A stretch of DNA of 64,000 bases, taken from NCBI GenBank assembly GCA_018394315.1, contig CP074575.1, positions 2,016,615 through 2,080,614 on the forward strand. Reading direction: 5' to 3'. The position numbers were made by a program, and so were the translations under genes. Numbering within the stretch: position 1 is the stretch's first letter; each line of letters begins with the position of its first letter. Shown piece by piece: positions 60,828 to 64,000 of this stretch. The stretch comes from Mycoplasmatota bacterium (GTDB lineage: Bacteria; Bacillota_I; Bacilli_A; MAG-NZ). The notes under the pieces were generated by a model. The model searched no databases. It had not been told where the DNA came from and was given only the letters and a program-made list of their open reading frames with translations.

Positions 60828-61508
60828 ATGGAAAAGAATATATTAATTGTAGAAGACGAGTTATCTTTACAAAACATCCTAGAAGTTTACTTCAAAAAAG
60901 AAGGTTTTACAGTTATCAAAGCCTCTGACGGACTAAAAGCTTTAGAACAATTCGAATTATATAGCATTGATATTGCGTGTGTCGACGTTATGATTCCACA
61001 TATCAATGGTTTTGAAGTTGTTAAGTCAATTAGACAAAAATCCGATATTCCTATATTGATGATGACTGCACTTTCTAGTGAAGAAAACCAACTTAAAGGG
61101 TATGGATTAGACATTGATGATTATGTTACAAAACCTTTTAGTCCTACAATTCTAGTTGCTAAGGTAAAATCAATTCTCAAAAGATATAGTGATAAACAAA
61201 TCAAGAGTATTATTCAGAATCACCAATTAGGACTACTTGAAATAAATTTCCAAAGTAGAGTAGTTGCAGTTGAGAACAATGAGATTGAGTTATCTAAAAC
61301 TGAGTTTGACATACTTGCTTACTTCATCAAAAATAAAGGGATTGTTATTGACAGGGTAACTTTTCTAGATGAAATATGGGGAATGGATGTATATGTCGAA
61401 GACCGAATTGTGGACACTTTCATAAAAACACTTAGAAAAAAACTTGGACCAGCTAGTAAGTATATTAAAACTGTATTTGGTGTTGGATATAAATTTGAGG
61501 TAGACTAA
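60828..61508 (+). CDS. OmpR/PhoB family response regulator
   Basis: LIVEDE, DVMIP, DDYVTKPF, IKTVFGVGY; RBS AAGGAG before ATG 60828. Confidence 0.95.
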   Translation: MEKNILIVEDELSLQNILEVYFKKEGFTVIKASDGLKALEQFELYSIDIACVDVMIPHINGFEVVKSIRQKSDIPILMMTALSSEENQLKGYGLDIDDYVTKPFSPTILVAKVKSILKRYSDKQIKSIIQNHQLGLLEINFQSRVVAVENNEIELSKTEFDILAYFIKNKGIVIDRVTFLDEIWGMDVYVEDRIVDTFIKTLRKKLGPASKYIKTVFGVGYKFEVD

Positions 61509-63241
61509 TGAAAAAATCGTTTGTAAAGAAAATATTTTCTGGTGTATTCTTACTTTTATTCATTGTTTTTTTAGTACAATTATTATTTCAAAGAGTGATT
61601 TTCCCTGTCTACTATTTAAAAGAGGTACAACAAAACATTAAAGATGAACTTTCTATCTTGGTTGATTCTTCAACAGAGGAACAATTTCTAAATAACTTGG
61701 ATAAATTTTCACAATACACTCAAACAACAACCCATATTATGAATATAAACTCTACATCAGAAGAAAGTAGAGATATCTATCCTATCACCGTAATCAAAAA
61801 CGAGATGAATGAATATTTCAGTATCTTTATACCTAAATTCACTAACTTCTCACTACAAAATGATGATCTTATTTCAGGAAGGTTTTATCTCAACACAAGA
61901 AATAACACCTATATCCCAAAAGTGCTTTTAGTTAATGATGTAAGAATTTATGGTGAATCTAGAATGATGAGTGGTATGCATTCTAAAAAATATATGAATT
62001 GGCTTTCAGATAATCACATTGACTTTTCTAATACTTATGATTTACAAGGTAGAATAATTGAGATGACTGATCAATTAGTAGAACAGTCCAAGGACATAAA
62101 TGTTTCCAGAGAAATACTTAATTTATCTTCAGGTAACATCACTAACTTAAAAGAAACGTCTTTCGGATTATCTTATATATCAAACATTGAGAATAAACCT
62201 ACAAATCTTGTTTATACATCTAGATTAATACTAGATGGAAAGGAACATTTAGCGATTACAATATATCCTTTAAGTAATATATCACTAATTGCTAAAAAGC
62301 TAACATCATTTAATATTTTAATGTACTTAATAGCATTCCTTATTCTTCTTGGTCTTTCAGTCCTTTACATTAAAAAAGTAAGCGTTCCTTTAATAAAGAT
62401 TAATGAAACTACTAAAAGATTAGCAAAATTAGACTTTACGCAAATTGATGAGGTGAATTCTGAGGATGAAATTGGAGAGTTATCAAAAAGTATTAACCTG
62501 TTGTCAGCAAATTTAAAAACCGCTCTTTCTGAACTTAATGATAAGAATGAACATTTATCTCTTTCAATTCAACAAGAAACAAAGCATGAACAATTAAGGC
62601 AAGATTTTGTTGCAGGTCTTTCCCATGAACTTAAAACTCCACTAGCAGTTATTCAAGCTAGCAGTGAAGGGTTGTCACTAAAACTTTTTGATAAAAAACA
62701 AACTGAAGAACAGTATAAACTAATTCAAAGTGAAATTAACAAAAGTAAAAAAATAATTCAAGATATGATGCAAGTCTATAAAATCGAACAGAGTAATTTT
62801 AAAACTAACTGGAGAGAATTCAAACTAAAAGATGTAATCAAAAATGCTTCAGAAAGTTTAAACTTACTAGCTGAAGCAAAAGGTATAAAAACAATAATCA
62901 ATCTTGACGATACAACTATTTTTGGTGATGAAAATAAATTTGAACTAGTAATTAGTAATCTGTTTTCAAATGCAATAAAATACACTAATGAATTCGAGGA
63001 AATCGTTATTAATTTAAAGAAAGGCTTCTTTGAAATAATAAATACAGGTATAACAATTCCAAAGGAAAGCATTAATGATATATTTGAACCTTTTTATAGA
63101 GTCGATAAAGGACGTTCTAGAAAAACTGGATCCACTGGATTAGGTTTATATATTGTAAAACAAATACTAGAACAACACGAACTTAATTATGGAGCTGAAA
63201 ATTTAGATAATGCAGTTAGGTTCTTTTTTAGAGTAAAATAA
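61508..63241 (+). CDS. Sensor histidine kinase with HAMP domain
   Basis: 2 TM segments, DEIGEL, SHELKTPL, NLFSNAIKY, IFEPFYR, GTGLGL-like box. Confidence 0.95.
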   Translation: MKKSFVKKIFSGVFLLLFIVFLVQLLFQRVIFPVYYLKEVQQNIKDELSILVDSSTEEQFLNNLDKFSQYTQTTTHIMNINSTSEESRDIYPITVIKNEMNEYFSIFIPKFTNFSLQNDDLISGRFYLNTRNNTYIPKVLLVNDVRIYGESRMMSGMHSKKYMNWLSDNHIDFSNTYDLQGRIIEMTDQLVEQSKDINVSREILNLSSGNITNLKETSFGLSYISNIENKPTNLVYTSRLILDGKEHLAITIYPLSNISLIAKKLTSFNILMYLIAFLILLGLSVLYIKKVSVPLIKINETTKRLAKLDFTQIDEVNSEDEIGELSKSINLLSANLKTALSELNDKNEHLSLSIQQETKHEQLRQDFVAGLSHELKTPLAVIQASSEGLSLKLFDKKQTEEQYKLIQSEINKSKKIIQDMMQVYKIEQSNFKTNWREFKLKDVIKNASESLNLLAEAKGIKTIINLDDTTIFGDENKFELVISNLFSNAIKYTNEFEEIVINLKKGFFEIINTGITIPKESINDIFEPFYRVDKGRSRKTGSTGLGLYIVKQILEQHELNYGAENLDNAVRFFFRVK

Positions 63242-63250
63242 AAAGATTAA

Positions 63251-63484
63251 TTATTTATTAATCTTTAAATTTTCTAGTAGAATTTTCATAACATGATCAT
63301 AACCACGTTCTGAATGAGGGATCAAACAATTACTACAATCCTTAATACCCTCATCAGTATAATTTCCCTTACAATCATAATGATACAAAGGACAATAACA
63401 AAATAAGCAATTAAAAAACTCATGATCCATATCATGACAAGGAAAATATTCACATTTATCATTCTTAAAATATCGATAACTCAT
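63251..63484 (-). CDS. Small cysteine-rich (zinc-finger-like) protein
   Basis: CEYFPCH, NCLFCYCPLY, DCSNCLIPH. Confidence 0.85.
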   Translation of the reverse strand: MSYRYFKNDKCEYFPCHDMDHEFFNCLFCYCPLYHYDCKGNYTDEGIKDCSNCLIPHSERGYDHVMKILLENLKINK

Positions 63485-63586
63485 TCTAACAGATCCTCTC
63501 TTTTAAAGTTATTATACAGTTTTGCAACATTTTTTTCAACTTTACATAAATTTAATATCGTGATAACATTTGTTATAGGTGATAGT

Positions 63587-64000
63587 ATGAATAGAATATT
63601 TAAATGTAAATTATTTAAGAGCTTTACACTTCAAGAAATTAACCACTTTTTAAGAAAGTATAGAACAATTACAAGAAATTATCAAAAGAATGATATTGTA
63701 TTTTTCGAGTGTGAAGAGTGTGACAAAATAGGAATAGTAATTTCAGGTAGTATTGAGATTCAAAATGTCTCAGGTGATGGAAAAATGGCCAATTTCACTA
63801 CAATAGAGTCCGGAAATATCTTTGGAGAGGTATTACTTTATAGTGAAAAAAAATCATATCCAGCAACACTAATAGCTTCTGACGATACTACGGTTTTATA
63901 TATTGAAAAAGAAGTTTTACTAAAGGCTTTAGGAGAACATAAAAAACTTTTAGTAAATTTCTTAGAATTGCTGGCCAATAGAACATTAAATTTACACAAT
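63587..64000 (+). CDS. Crp/Fnr family transcriptional regulator (runs off the right edge)
   Basis: Hand translation from ATG 63587 (RBS AGGTG): ...YQKNDIVFFE...IGIVISGSI...GNIFGEVLL...YPATLIA. Confidence 0.85.
   Translation, partial: MNRIFKCKLFKSFTLQEINHFLRKYRTITRNYQKNDIVFFECEECDKIGIVISGSIEIQNVSGDGKMANFTTIESGNIFGEVLLYSEKKSYPATLIASDDTTVLYIEKEVLLKALGEHKKLLVNFLELLANRTLNLHN

Noticed and set aside
1..64000. Genetic code 4 (Mollicute-like TGA=Trp)
   Set aside because: Long genes translate intact under code 11 with TGG Trp, and TGA terminates the genes ending at 46881 and 55547

Overview
Very AT-rich bacterial chromosome segment using the standard code (TGA acts as a stop, e.g. at 46881 and 55547). 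The gene content (ytfI-ytfJ-ytxK-ackA synteny, uppP, asnO-like asnB, eam) suggests a low-GC Bacillota or basal Bacilli lineage (inference). Most genes lie on the minus strand. 1-30 kb is mostly housekeeping: a PglF/CapD + CysC-CysQ fusion + CysD + CysN operon preceded by a c-di-GMP-I riboswitch and Spo0A-like boxes, an Fe3+ ABC transporter, ackA, asnB, an orphan degenerate nucleotidyl cyclase, uppP, wzz, ilvE, gdh, an aminotransferase-serA-DUF1015 triad and glutamate 2,3-aminomutase. 30-60 kb is accessory and is associated with tRNAs (Asp-Arg-Pro; Leu). It holds a 1.4-kb tRNA-Pro islet, a 4791-aa surface protein (three Ig + FG-GAP propeller modules on 35 indel-free 231-bp repeats with a higher-order trimer), lipoproteins, and serial islets marked by duplicated tRNA-Leu 3' ends (TetR-ABC cassette, IS3 remnant, ADH/HxlR, an intact ISL3 with an 8-bp TSD). 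The window ends with an OmpR-family two-component system, its divergent putative target and a partial Crp/Fnr gene. No CRISPR array, rRNA or prophage was seen. Family assignments are from motif recognition only; no database search was run.
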